From: Candidatus Eremiobacteria bacterium
GTDB taxonomy: Bacteria; Vulcanimicrobiota; Vulcanimicrobiia; Vulcanimicrobiales; Vulcanimicrobiaceae
NCBI GenBank assembly: GCA_963737065.1
Contig: CAVTRC010000001.1
Location: 864,001 to 928,000 of the forward strand
Direction of reading: 5' to 3'
DNA length: 64,000 nucleotides
The translations under genes and the position numbers were made by a program. The stretch's first letter is position 1. The number at the start of each line of letters is the position of its first letter. The notes below the pieces were generated by a model. It was not told where the DNA came from. It searched no databases and saw only the letters and a list, made by a program, of their open reading frames with translations. Below, in pieces: positions 1-9,458 of this stretch.

Positions 1-106
1 GATACGCAAGAAAGCGACGACCCCAAGCTGAAACATCTGCTTGCTTACGTCGCTATGAATTGCTTCTAGCGATCCTTCGCGCGTATTGCGCTGGAGAGGT
101 GTGCTG

Positions 107-829
107 ATGGCCGTAAATTCCCGAGCACCGGAGGCGAATGCATTGAAGACGGTGCTCGACACGATGATCGCGCCGAAAGAGGCGTTCGAGTCACTTCGTG
201 TCGTTCCGACGTGGGGCTGGGCGTTGGCGATCGCGATCGTCCTCTCCGCGATCGGTTCGTACCTCATGGTGCCCGCATTTCAACATGCGTTCGCGGCTGG
301 CTGGCCCGATATGGTGTCGAGAACGCCCCGGATCGCGCAGCTGACGGCACAGCAGCAGCAAATGCAGCTGGCGTTTTCCCAGAAAATCTTCGAGTTTTCG
401 TGGATGTTCGTCGTCGTTGCCGTACCGGTGCTCGTCTTGATCGATGCGGTCGTCATGCTGGTCTTCGACAAGCTCGGAAAAGGCGAGGGAACCTTCATAC
501 AGTATTTTGCGGCTGCTTCTAATATAGCGGTGCCTCTTTCGCTCGGGCCGGTCATTACAGCGATCATCGTCATGCTCCGCGGTGCGAATAGCTTCGAATC
601 GATGACAGCCGTGCAAAATGCGCTGCCGACACTCGCGCTTCTCGCGCCCGGCGGCTCGCCGAAACTCATAGCGTTTCTCTCGGCGATCACGCCGTTTTCA
701 CTCTGGGCCACGGTCCTCGTCGCCGTGGCAATGTTGATTATCGGACGGACACCGAAACTTCAAGCGTGGCTCGCGGCCGTGCTTTTACTCGTCGTTCCGG
801 CCTCGCTCGCAACGCTCGGCGCGCGCTAG
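107..829 (+). CDS. Yip1-domain membrane protein (YknW-like)
   Basis: APKEAFESLR motif followed by about 5 hydrophobic segments; GGAGAGG RBS at 93-99 before ATG 107; first gene of the exporter operon. Confidence 0.75.
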   Translation: MAVNSRAPEANALKTVLDTMIAPKEAFESLRVVPTWGWALAIAIVLSAIGSYLMVPAFQHAFAAGWPDMVSRTPRIAQLTAQQQQMQLAFSQKIFEFSWMFVVVAVPVLVLIDAVVMLVFDKLGKGEGTFIQYFAAASNIAVPLSLGPVITAIIVMLRGANSFESMTAVQNALPTLALLAPGGSPKLIAFLSAITPFSLWATVLVAVAMLIIGRTPKLQAWLAAVLLLVVPASLATLGAR

Positions 830-2170
830 GTGACGATTCCAGGCGTTTTGTTCGCTACCGCGATGAACTTAACCGACGCGGTCTCCTACGCGCTCGGTCA
901 TAGCGCAGTCGTCGCTCAGAAAGTCGCCGCGCTAGCGCAGGCCGACCATTCGCTTGCGCAAGCGCGATACAACGCGTTTCCGCCGATCGCCGGTACGCTC
1001 TCGAATTACGTAAGCAAGAGTGCAAACTATGAAGGCACCTTCGGATTCGTCGGCGCGCACCAGCAGAACGTCTACAGCCAGAACACCGCGCAATTAGGAA
1101 CGACCTACACGCTCACGACGGGCGGTCTCGCCTTTCTTCAGCTTGCATCGTCGCGCGCGAGCGACGCACAAGCGCGCGAAGATCTTGCGAACACCGAAGA
1201 CTCGATCGCGACGACGGTCACGACGGCGTATTACACGGTGGTCCAAAACCAGGCCATCGTGACGGTTGACGAGTCGGACCTCCATTACCAAAACGTTCTC
1301 GTCGATGTTGCCAAGGCGAAGGAACGCGCGGGTGTGGTCGCGGGCGTCGACGTCTTGAAGGCGCAGGTCCAGCAGGCGAAGAGCGGCTCGAACCTCGTCG
1401 GCGCGCGCGCCGACGTCGACAACGCGCGCGAGCAGCTCGCGCACACGATCGGCGCCCCGCTCACGCAAACGTTCGCCTTTGCCAAGGAGATCGCCGCGCC
1501 GCAGTTGCCGAAAGGAACAATCGATCAGCTCGAGGCGATTGCAGTCAACGCGCGTCCCGATCTCAACGCCGCGCGTGAATCGCTCCTGGCGGCGCGATAC
1601 ACGCGTAAGGGGTGGAGTCGCGAGCTGTTTCCAACCGTTCAAATGACGGCTGCGATCGGCAACCAATTTGCTCCGACGACCGCCGGTCAGATCATCGGCC
1701 TCAATCCCAACGGAACGCCGATCGTCGTTCCACGCGGAACACCCGGGTTTTGGACGCTTACCGCGCAGAGCACGTTTACGCTGCCGTTCCTCGATTACGG
1801 GCAACGAAAGACCGAGCGGGAAGCCGATGACGCTCAGGTGGCGTCGGCGGCAGTCAACGTCGACCAAACACAGACGCAAGTGGAATTGGACGTTCGTCAG
1901 AACTACCGCGGTGCGCAGACCGCGCTCGCGCAGATGGATTATGCACGCGACGAATCGCGCTTGGGAACGGAATCGGCGCGTATCGCGCAGTTGCAGTATC
2001 AGCGCGGACTCATCGCCCTTGCGGACGTCATTCAAACGCAGCAGCAGTCCGTCGTCGCGCAATCCGATTTGGTGAACGCGCGCGTCAACTACGTGAACTC
2101 CATCATCAAACTGCGCGTCTCGCTTGGTATCTATGATGCGCGCAGCGCCGTCGCCGATCTAAGTCAATAA
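830..2170 (+). CDS. TolC-family outer membrane efflux protein
   Basis: OEP-like repeated helical motifs (LTDAVSYAL, RPDL, YQRGL...DVIQ); next to an MFP gene. Confidence 0.88.
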   Translation: MTIPGVLFATAMNLTDAVSYALGHSAVVAQKVAALAQADHSLAQARYNAFPPIAGTLSNYVSKSANYEGTFGFVGAHQQNVYSQNTAQLGTTYTLTTGGLAFLQLASSRASDAQAREDLANTEDSIATTVTTAYYTVVQNQAIVTVDESDLHYQNVLVDVAKAKERAGVVAGVDVLKAQVQQAKSGSNLVGARADVDNAREQLAHTIGAPLTQTFAFAKEIAAPQLPKGTIDQLEAIAVNARPDLNAARESLLAARYTRKGWSRELFPTVQMTAAIGNQFAPTTAGQIIGLNPNGTPIVVPRGTPGFWTLTAQSTFTLPFLDYGQRKTEREADDAQVASAAVNVDQTQTQVELDVRQNYRGAQTALAQMDYARDESRLGTESARIAQLQYQRGLIALADVIQTQQQSVVAQSDLVNARVNYVNSIIKLRVSLGIYDARSAVADLSQ

Positions 2171-2183
2171 ACGAGGTCGAGAA

Positions 2184-3482
2184 TTGAAGCGCGCCCGTAA
2201 CGTCATCATCCTCGTCGCGGCCCTCGCAGCGATCGTCGCGGTTGCGGTCTTCCGTTCGCATCGCGGAGGCGATTCCGCAACGCCGGTCAAGATGCAGACG
2301 GTCCGCTATCAGCCGTTCACGGTGAAGTTGCCGGAGAACGGCGTCGTCCAACGTCCGACCACGGTCACGATTCCGACGCTCATCGCGGGCAATATCGGAG
2401 CGATTTTCGTTAAAGCCGGCGACCGCGTCAGCGCCGGCGAAGTTCTGGCGACGATCGACAATCCGACGCTGCAGTACAATGCTGCCGGTGCGCAGGCCGA
2501 CTATACGAATTCGGTCGCCAACGTGTCCACCGCGCGGGTCGACGAGCGTAATGCAAGAGTACAGTACCTCGGGCAGGTGCAGACGCAGCAATCCGCGCTC
2601 GCGGAAGCGAAGCGCATTTACAACGCGGACGTTGAACTTTTGAAGCAGCGCGCGATCGCGCGCACGACGGTAGACGCCGACAAAGCGAAACTCGATCAGG
2701 CACAGGTGGCCTACGATCAGGCCGTGGCGCAGCTGAAGCTTGGCGCGGTCTCCGGATACGGGATCAACAGCGTTCAAGCAGCGCAGGCAGCGGCTGAAAA
2801 AGCACGGATTCTCAATTCTCAAAATCAACAACAGCTCGCGTTCACCCGCATCACCGCGCCGTTTTCCGGCGTCATCCAAACGGTGGCGGCGCAACCAAAC
2901 GATGCGCTTCGCTCGCTCGAACCCGGCGATCCCGTCACCGCCGGTCAGCAGCTCTTCACGCTCTCTGCGGGCGAAGGCTACATCGTCAAGGCGCAAGTCG
3001 ACGAACAAGACGTCATCAACGTAAGAACCGGCCAACGAGCGAACGTCACCGGTGAAGATTTCCCCGGCCGGACGATCCCCGGCCGCGTTGCGCGCGTTGC
3101 GCCGGTGGCTGTTAAATCCACGGATGCGTCGAGCACCGCACGACAGGTCCTTACCACGATCGCGCTCGACGCCGATCCTGATTTTCTTCGTGACGGGATG
3201 AGCGCGGATATTGACATTTTAACGACCGATATCCCGCACGCGCTGACCGTTCCGAATGCGGCGATCGGCAAGGACGGGCAATCATCGTATGTCTTCGTGG
3301 TGCGCAAAGGTATTGCGAGAAAACGCACGGTGAAACTCGGCCAAGCAAACGATAGCGTTACGCTGGTGAAGAGCGGCGTCGCACCCGGGGACGTCATCGT
3401 AGCGGCTCTCCCAACGCCTGCGCTCGCTGACGGAACGAACGTGAAGCCGATGCCTTCACCGTCGCCCAATGCGTCTCCATGA
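2184..3482 (+). CDS. Efflux periplasmic adaptor (MFP, MacA/YknX-like)
   Basis: N-terminal TM; VKAGDRVSAGEVLA lipoyl-like motif; coiled coil; ITAPFSGVI; VPNAAI. Confidence 0.9.
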   Translation: MKRARNVIILVAALAAIVAVAVFRSHRGGDSATPVKMQTVRYQPFTVKLPENGVVQRPTTVTIPTLIAGNIGAIFVKAGDRVSAGEVLATIDNPTLQYNAAGAQADYTNSVANVSTARVDERNARVQYLGQVQTQQSALAEAKRIYNADVELLKQRAIARTTVDADKAKLDQAQVAYDQAVAQLKLGAVSGYGINSVQAAQAAAEKARILNSQNQQQLAFTRITAPFSGVIQTVAAQPNDALRSLEPGDPVTAGQQLFTLSAGEGYIVKAQVDEQDVINVRTGQRANVTGEDFPGRTIPGRVARVAPVAVKSTDASSTARQVLTTIALDADPDFLRDGMSADIDILTTDIPHALTVPNAAIGKDGQSSYVFVVRKGIARKRTVKLGQANDSVTLVKSGVAPGDVIVAALPTPALADGTNVKPMPSPSPNASP

Positions 3483-4672
3483 CACGAATCGTCGCGTATC
3501 TCGGCGAAGCGGTTGCGTCGCTCTGGCGCAATAAGGGGCGCTCTGCGCTGACGATGCTCGGCATGATCATCGGCACGTCGTCGATTATCGCTGTTTTCGG
3601 CTTGAGCAAAGGCGCAACGAGCGGCATCGAAGGAACGCTGAACTCGTTCGGTACCTTTCCGATCACCGTGCAAGTGGACACGTCACAAGATTATCCCGAT
3701 CGCGCGACACTTCGGTATAGCGATGCGGCACGCGTCGCTGCCGACCTTGGCGATCGCGTCCATGAAGTGCAGCCGAGCTGGACGCGGACCTGGAAAGTCA
3801 CGTACGGTACGACGAGTGATTATTACGCGGTTGGAACCGCCGGCATGTTCCAAGACGACTCGCTGGGAATGAGCGAGGGCCGCAAAATCGGCGGCGAAGA
3901 CGTCGCATCTGCAGCTCGCGTCGTCGCGATATCGCAGACGGTCGCAGACAAGTTTTTCCCGAACGGCAACGCGGTCGGTCACGTACTGACGATGAACGGC
4001 GACCGTTACCTCATCGTGGGAGTGTATGCACCGATAAAATCACCGCTGTTGACCTCGCTCGGCGGTTCGGATTTCATCGTGATTCCGTACAGCACGTTCT
4101 ATCGCGCGGTGAACGTTCCGCCGGATAGCCTTTCGATCTATCCGATGCCGGGCGTCGACGCCGATACACTTCGCGCGCCGATTACTGCGTCGCTGCAACA
4201 CGTGCACGGCCCGCAAGCGCAATACGAAATTATCGACGGCGCGGGCGCGCTCCGAGCTTTCGACAATGTGCTCAATATCGCGGGGACGGGCTTAGCCGCA
4301 ATCGGCACCGTCGCACTCATCGTCGCAGGCATCGGCATTATGAACATCATGCTCGTCACGGTCACGGAACGCACGCGCGAAATCGGCCTGCGCAAATCGA
4401 TCGGTGCAAGCCGCGCCGATATCATGCTGCAGTTTTTGATGGAGTCGATCGTGCTTGCACTCCTGGGCGGCGGCACCGGCATGGCTTTCGGCCTGCTCTT
4501 CACCATCGGCGGCGCGGAATTGATCAGCCGGCAGTTGGGTGATGTCGTGATCCCGTACGTACTCGTCGTAGCGCTCGCGCTCGGTTTTTCGATTGCCGTC
4601 GGTATGATCTTCGGCGTTTATCCGGCGTTTCGCGCCGCTGCCATGGATCCGATCGAAGCGCTTCGATCATGA
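3479..4672 (+). CDS. MacB-type ABC permease
   Basis: RSALTMLGMIIG; GIGIMNIMLVTVTERTREIGLRKSIGA; DPIEALR. Confidence 0.93.
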   Translation: MTRIVAYLGEAVASLWRNKGRSALTMLGMIIGTSSIIAVFGLSKGATSGIEGTLNSFGTFPITVQVDTSQDYPDRATLRYSDAARVAADLGDRVHEVQPSWTRTWKVTYGTTSDYYAVGTAGMFQDDSLGMSEGRKIGGEDVASAARVVAISQTVADKFFPNGNAVGHVLTMNGDRYLIVGVYAPIKSPLLTSLGGSDFIVIPYSTFYRAVNVPPDSLSIYPMPGVDADTLRAPITASLQHVHGPQAQYEIIDGAGALRAFDNVLNIAGTGLAAIGTVALIVAGIGIMNIMLVTVTERTREIGLRKSIGASRADIMLQFLMESIVLALLGGGTGMAFGLLFTIGGAELISRQLGDVVIPYVLVVALALGFSIAVGMIFGVYPAFRAAAMDPIEALRS

Positions 4673-5868
4673 TGTACTTCGAAGAAGCAGTGCGCATGCT
4701 GCTCGGAAATCCCGTGCGAACGCTGTTGACGATAATCGGACTCATTATCGGCGTCGGTGCCGTCATCAGCATCGAGGTGCTCGGACACAGCATGGCCGGT
4801 TCGATCAGCGAGACGCTCGGCGCGCTTGCGGACAACTCGTTCATCATTTATCCCGGAACGATGCAGGGCGATTTTCAACGAGCGGCGATCCGTCTTCCCG
4901 ATCTCGACGCAATCAAAGCGACGGTTCCGAACATCGCGTCCGCCACACCGGTCGGAGGCGTAACCGAACTGGTCCGTTACGCGCACAATCAAGGACGTTT
5001 CTTTTTGACGTCCGATTCCAATCCGCCGTTTGCGAATCAGCCGCTAGCATACGGACGGATCCTCAACGACCGCGACATCGCTAGCGCGATCGATGTCGCG
5101 GTCATCAGCTGGAAGGCGTACAACCGGCTGTTTCCGAACGGCGGCGATCCGACGGGATCGAGCATTTATGCGAGCACGCACCGCTACGTCGTAATCGGCG
5201 TTCGCGCGCAGCCACGCCAGGGTGCATTGAACGTGACGTTTGGCGGTGACGTGTCGATTCCGTACACGACGTTCATCCGTGAATACGTTCACGGGAATCG
5301 AATCCTCGCCGCGCGCTTCACCGTGAACGATACGTCGACGCTTCCGCAGACCGAAACGGCGGTGATCAGCCGGATTCGCGAGCTGCGCCAAGTTGGTCCG
5401 GACGTCCGGTACCAGGCATTCGACAAGGCCAGTTTTACGGAAGGTATCAATGGCGTCTTTACGGCGGTAACGATCGTTGTTGCACTGATCGGCGCCGTTT
5501 CTCTCCTCGTCGCGGGCATCGGCGTGATGAACATCATGCTGGTCTCGATCACCGAGCGCACCAAAGAGATCGGCACGCGAAAGGCCATCGGTGCGCGTCG
5601 CGGACAGATCCTCGCGCAGTTCTTCATCGAATCGCTGATGTTGAGCAGCATCGGCTGCTTTGTCGGCATGGCGATCGGCTTGGGGATCGGAGGGTTCGTC
5701 AACAGCGTGTTCATCGTGAAGTTGACCGGATATACCGCACCGCTGCCGTACCTGCAGGCCGTAGGAATTACTGCAGTATTTGCCGCGTTCGTAACGCTGG
5801 TCTTCGGAACGTATCCCGCGCTGCGCGCAGCCGGACTCGATCCGATCGAGGCGCTGCGCTATGAATAA
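4669..5868 (+). CDS. MacB-type ABC permease (second paralog)
   Basis: RTLLTIIGLIIG; GIGVMNIMLVSITERTKEIG; LDPIEALRYE. Confidence 0.93.
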   Translation: MMYFEEAVRMLLGNPVRTLLTIIGLIIGVGAVISIEVLGHSMAGSISETLGALADNSFIIYPGTMQGDFQRAAIRLPDLDAIKATVPNIASATPVGGVTELVRYAHNQGRFFLTSDSNPPFANQPLAYGRILNDRDIASAIDVAVISWKAYNRLFPNGGDPTGSSIYASTHRYVVIGVRAQPRQGALNVTFGGDVSIPYTTFIREYVHGNRILAARFTVNDTSTLPQTETAVISRIRELRQVGPDVRYQAFDKASFTEGINGVFTAVTIVVALIGAVSLLVAGIGVMNIMLVSITERTKEIGTRKAIGARRGQILAQFFIESLMLSSIGCFVGMAIGLGIGGFVNSVFIVKLTGYTAPLPYLQAVGITAVFAAFVTLVFGTYPALRAAGLDPIEALRYE

Positions 5869-6574
5869 CGGCTACGTGCACCCGGCAATTGTTCTAAGCG
5901 CAATCACGAAAACGTATAAGACCGGCGTGCTTGAAGTTCCCGTCTTGCACGGCATCGATCTGACCGTGCAGCGCGGGGAATACGTCGCGATCATGGGGCC
6001 GTCCGGATCCGGCAAGTCGACGTTGATGAACATCATCGGCTGCCTGGATCGTGCGACGAGCGGAACGTACGTGCTCGACGCCGAGGACGTTTCCGGCCTG
6101 AGTGACAATGCGCTGGCGGAAATCCGCTTGAAGAAACTCGGGTTCGTTTTTCAAGGCTTCAATCTGCTCGCTCGAACCGACGCGCTGAAAAACGTGGCGC
6201 TGCCGCTGTTTTATGCGGGGCTGCGTGGGCGGGAACGCCAACGCCGCGCAATGCAGGTGCTCGACGAAGTCGGCTTGACCGACCGCGCGCATCACAAGCC
6301 GAGCGAGCTTTCCGGCGGCCAGCAACAGCGCGTCGCGATCGCGCGCGCGCTGATCAACGATCCGGCCGTGCTCCTCGCCGACGAGCCCACCGGAAACCTC
6401 GACACGAAAACCAGCGCGGACATCATGTCGCTGTTCGATAAACTGCACGAGGGCGGCCGGACCATCCTGATGGTCACCCACGACGAAGCGATCGCGCGGC
6501 GGGCGCGCCGGATCATCCGGTTGCTGGACGGCCTCATCGTCGCGGACGAACGTTCCTCTCTAACCGTCCCTTAA
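5861..6574 (+). CDS. ABC ATP-binding protein (MacB/LolD-type)
   Basis: Walker A GPSGSGKS; LSGGQQQR; ADEPTGNLD; VTHD. Confidence 0.95.
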   Translation: MNNGYVHPAIVLSAITKTYKTGVLEVPVLHGIDLTVQRGEYVAIMGPSGSGKSTLMNIIGCLDRATSGTYVLDAEDVSGLSDNALAEIRLKKLGFVFQGFNLLARTDALKNVALPLFYAGLRGRERQRRAMQVLDEVGLTDRAHHKPSELSGGQQQRVAIARALINDPAVLLADEPTGNLDTKTSADIMSLFDKLHEGGRTILMVTHDEAIARRARRIIRLLDGLIVADERSSLTVP

Positions 6575-6650
6575 GGAAGCCGCGTAACCCTAGGTGCGTC
6601 AAAGCAGTAGCGGGTAGTATAAAGAACCAGTACCCGCACAACGTAGGAGA

Positions 6651-7857
6651 ATGGTGAAGAATCGTGTGATGCCCACGGTGATCGTGGGCCTTGTCGGTGC
6701 AATCATCGGCAGCTTTTTGATGATGCTCTACGCGAGCACGCATTTCGCAAACGTCGCCGGCCCGGATCATACGCCGCCGGCTGTTGTTGCGGCTCCGCTC
6801 ACGGGCGTCAGCGATCAGGATCGCATCGTGAGCGCCGTAAAACGGACGAAAGCATCAGTCGTCGCTATTACGGAACAGATCAACGGGCAGCAATTCGTTC
6901 CGCTCAGCCCCTTCTTCGGAAATCAAGGACCAGGCGTCGTGCAGCCGTATCGCGGCCAAGCATCGGGTTCCGGGATTCGTCTATGACGACAAGGGCGACA
7001 TCATTACGAACGCTCACGTCGTAAATCCGCCGAACGGCGGACACATCTCCAATCTGACCGTCGTCTTTGCAAACGGCGATCGCAGACCCGCGCACGTCGT
7101 CGGCGCGAACCTCGGCGCAGACCTCGCCGTAATCAAAGTCGACAACTACGGCAAACTGCCGCCGGCGTTGTCGCTTGCAGATTCCGACAAACTCGAGCAG
7201 GGCCAATGGGCGATCGCAATCGGTGAACCGTACGAGCTCAAGCAAAGCGTGACGCTCGGTATCGTGTCGGGCTTCCAACGCGCAGAGCAAGTACAAGCTG
7301 AAGGCGGCGGCGGCGTGTACGACTTCAAAGGTCTGCTTCAGACGTCTGCGCCGATCAACCCCGGAAACTCCGGCGGTCCGCTCATCGATATCGAGGGGCA
7401 AGTCATCGGCGTCAATCAGTTGACGAACGAGAACGGGCAAGGGATCGGCTTTGCAATTCCCTCGAACGAAGTTCGCACGGTCGTTCCGCAGCTGCTGAAG
7501 AACCCCGGCTTGCACCAAGGCACGAACACAGGCTTCGCAGGGTTTGCGCCGGCTCTGCTAACGCCCGGCTTGCGCAACCAGATCGGGTATAACGGGCAAG
7601 GCGGCGTCGCCGTGGCCCAGGTGGTTCCCGGCTCGCCCGCGGACAAGGCCGGCATCCAACCGGGCGACGTCATTCTCTCGGCCGACGGTAAGGCGTACAA
7701 CAGCGACTCGGCTCTCCGCCAGTATCTCGCGTCCAGAAAACCGGGTGACGTCGTCCGGCTCAACGTGTGGTCGCAAGGGGTGAAAAAGTTCATCGCCGTC
7801 ACGCTCGAGGAACGCCCAGCCGACTACGGTCAACCGGGGCCGCAGCCCACGCCGTAA
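6651..7857 (+). pseudogene. htrA: HtrA/DegP-family serine protease with PDZ domain; one frameshift, probably an assembly error
   Basis: Removing one G from GGG 6972-6974 restores GSGFVYDDKGDIITNAHV; DLAVIK and INPGNSGGPL catalytic motifs and PDZ (PGSPADKAGIQPGDVI) are intact; AGGAG RBS. Confidence 0.88.
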
Positions 7858-7880
7858 CTTCCGCCATCCGGAGCCTCGAG

Positions 7881-7917
7881 GATCGCGCGCTAGTATTGCA
7901 AGCGCGCGATCTTCTTT
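7881..7917 (+). terminator. Probable intrinsic terminator between convergent genes
   Basis: 11-bp perfect stem GATCGCGCGCT (7881-7891)/AGCGCGCGATC (7901-7911) followed by TTCTTT. Confidence 0.5.
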
Positions 7918-9077
7918 CCGAGGTCCTCGGTAACCCAAATGCGCGCGTGCGGCGCAGCCATGCAACGTCCGTCCGGATGACACGCGGCGATGCCGCGCGG
8001 CCCACTATCCGCTGTCGGCAGAGTAAATTCTAAGATCGCGCCGGACGTTGTGATACGACCGACCTTGTTCGATCCGTGCTCGGTGAACCACAGCGCACCA
8101 TCGCTTGCGGGCGTTATCGCGCGCGGATCGGCGCCTGGTGTTGGGATTGGAAATGACGTGAACGCGCCTGCGGGCGTCAGACGGCCGATCGCGTTCGCGG
8201 AGCTATCGACGAACCAGATGTTGCGGTCGGGCCCCTCGGTGATGCCGCATCCGCCGGAATCGTATGCGCCATCGGCGGTGAACGGATTATCGGTAAACGA
8301 ACAATTGCTCGCGACGCGAGCGCCGCCGAACGTGTAATTGTGCGCCACATTACCGCTCGTCTCGATCCTCGGAATCGTGTTCTCGGTACAACAGCCGTAC
8401 AGCGCAGACCACGGCCCCGTCGTCAAGCCTTGGTCCTGTAGAACGTCATTCGGTCCAGGAGCAAACGGATAAAAGCTCATGACGCCGGTCGTTGATGTCG
8501 CGATCAGTGCTTGCTGGCCGCTCGCGCACTCGAAGCTGCATACGGGCGCCCAAATCCGGCCATCCGGTCCAAGCGCGATCGTATAGGCGATGCCGCAGAA
8601 CTCGGGATCGATGATGATATTCGAAAACAGGGTCTTTCCGGAGAGCGACATCTCTTCAACGTAGTCGTTTCCGCAGTCGGCAGCATTGTTTCGAATGAAC
8701 CAGATATTTCCGTCGCGGTCGCGCGTGATGTACGGCTTATAAAAACCCGGAAATGACTCGTTGTCGTGATATTGCGAAACCGCACCGGTCGATGTGATGC
8801 GGTCGATCGAATACTGAGCCGGAAACCATGCCGCACCATCGTCCGAGATCGTAATCTCGCCCGGTCGCGCGCCGCCTGGAACGCGGTACTCCGCGATCGA
8901 TACGGGGACGCCGCCGATTTTCGGATTTGCTTGCGGTTGCATGACGGGCGCAGGCAAGACGGCGTTCGGAACGGCGCTCGAGCCACCCACTCCGGCATTG
9001 CTTGAACAAGCTGAATTGACGACGCAAAGCGCGCCCATGAACGCAATAGCGTAGATAGTTTTCAATGATTGACGCAC
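7890..9077 (-). CDS. Vgb (virginiamycin B lyase)-like beta-propeller, putative lipoprotein
   Basis: Repeated IT.GPDG.xWF blades; GTG start at 9077 with AAGGAG RBS; signal peptide ending NSAC. Confidence 0.75.
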   Translation of the reverse strand: MRQSLKTIYAIAFMGALCVVNSACSSNAGVGGSSAVPNAVLPAPVMQPQANPKIGGVPVSIAEYRVPGGARPGEITISDDGAAWFPAQYSIDRITSTGAVSQYHDNESFPGFYKPYITRDRDGNIWFIRNNAADCGNDYVEEMSLSGKTLFSNIIIDPEFCGIAYTIALGPDGRIWAPVCSFECASGQQALIATSTTGVMSFYPFAPGPNDVLQDQGLTTGPWSALYGCCTENTIPRIETSGNVAHNYTFGGARVASNCSFTDNPFTADGAYDSGGCGITEGPDRNIWFVDSSANAIGRLTPAGAFTSFPIPTPGADPRAITPASDGALWFTEHGSNKVGRITTSGAILEFTLPTADSGPRGIAACHPDGRCMAAPHARIWVTEDLGKKIARLQY

Positions 9078-9458
9078 GGTTCGCTCCTTAGCGCGCTCCT
9101 GTCTTCGAGTATGGGTTTTCGCGCGGTCTCGCTGCACGAGACACACGCCTCCTTTGCCTGATTACCCGGACAGGAGGCGTGAATCGCAACCGTCTATGCC
9201 ACTTCGGTGTCATAGATACTGGAGAGAGAAACAAAGCAACCCCGGCCGTTGTATGATGGGCGGGTACACATCGTGCGGAAGGCCGTAAGCGGCAAGGCGC
9301 CCCGGCCCACGGTGGGTTTGCGTAGCAAACCCGAGCATCGCCGAATCGTCGTTGACGCGGACTCACCTCGGTCTGCCGATACCCCGGCTCGACTGCACCG
9401 GCGGGTAGGAATAGCTGGTCCAGGTCTGCGCGCAAGTTTGAAGAGAGGTTAGTTTGTA

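Noticed and set aside
6965..6986. Programmed frameshift or phase variation in htrA
   Set aside because: Only a GGG run, with no slippery heptamer or long homopolymer; a sequencing indel is the simpler explanation
7881..7911. Superficial SAM-II-like sequence (GTATTGCAAGCGCG)
   Set aside because: Lies at the 3' ends of convergent genes and overlaps a stop codon; better explained as a terminator hairpin
9374..9383. GCCGATA sigma-28-like -10 element (also near 56015 on the minus strand)
   Set aside because: No matching TAAA -35 element at the proper spacing
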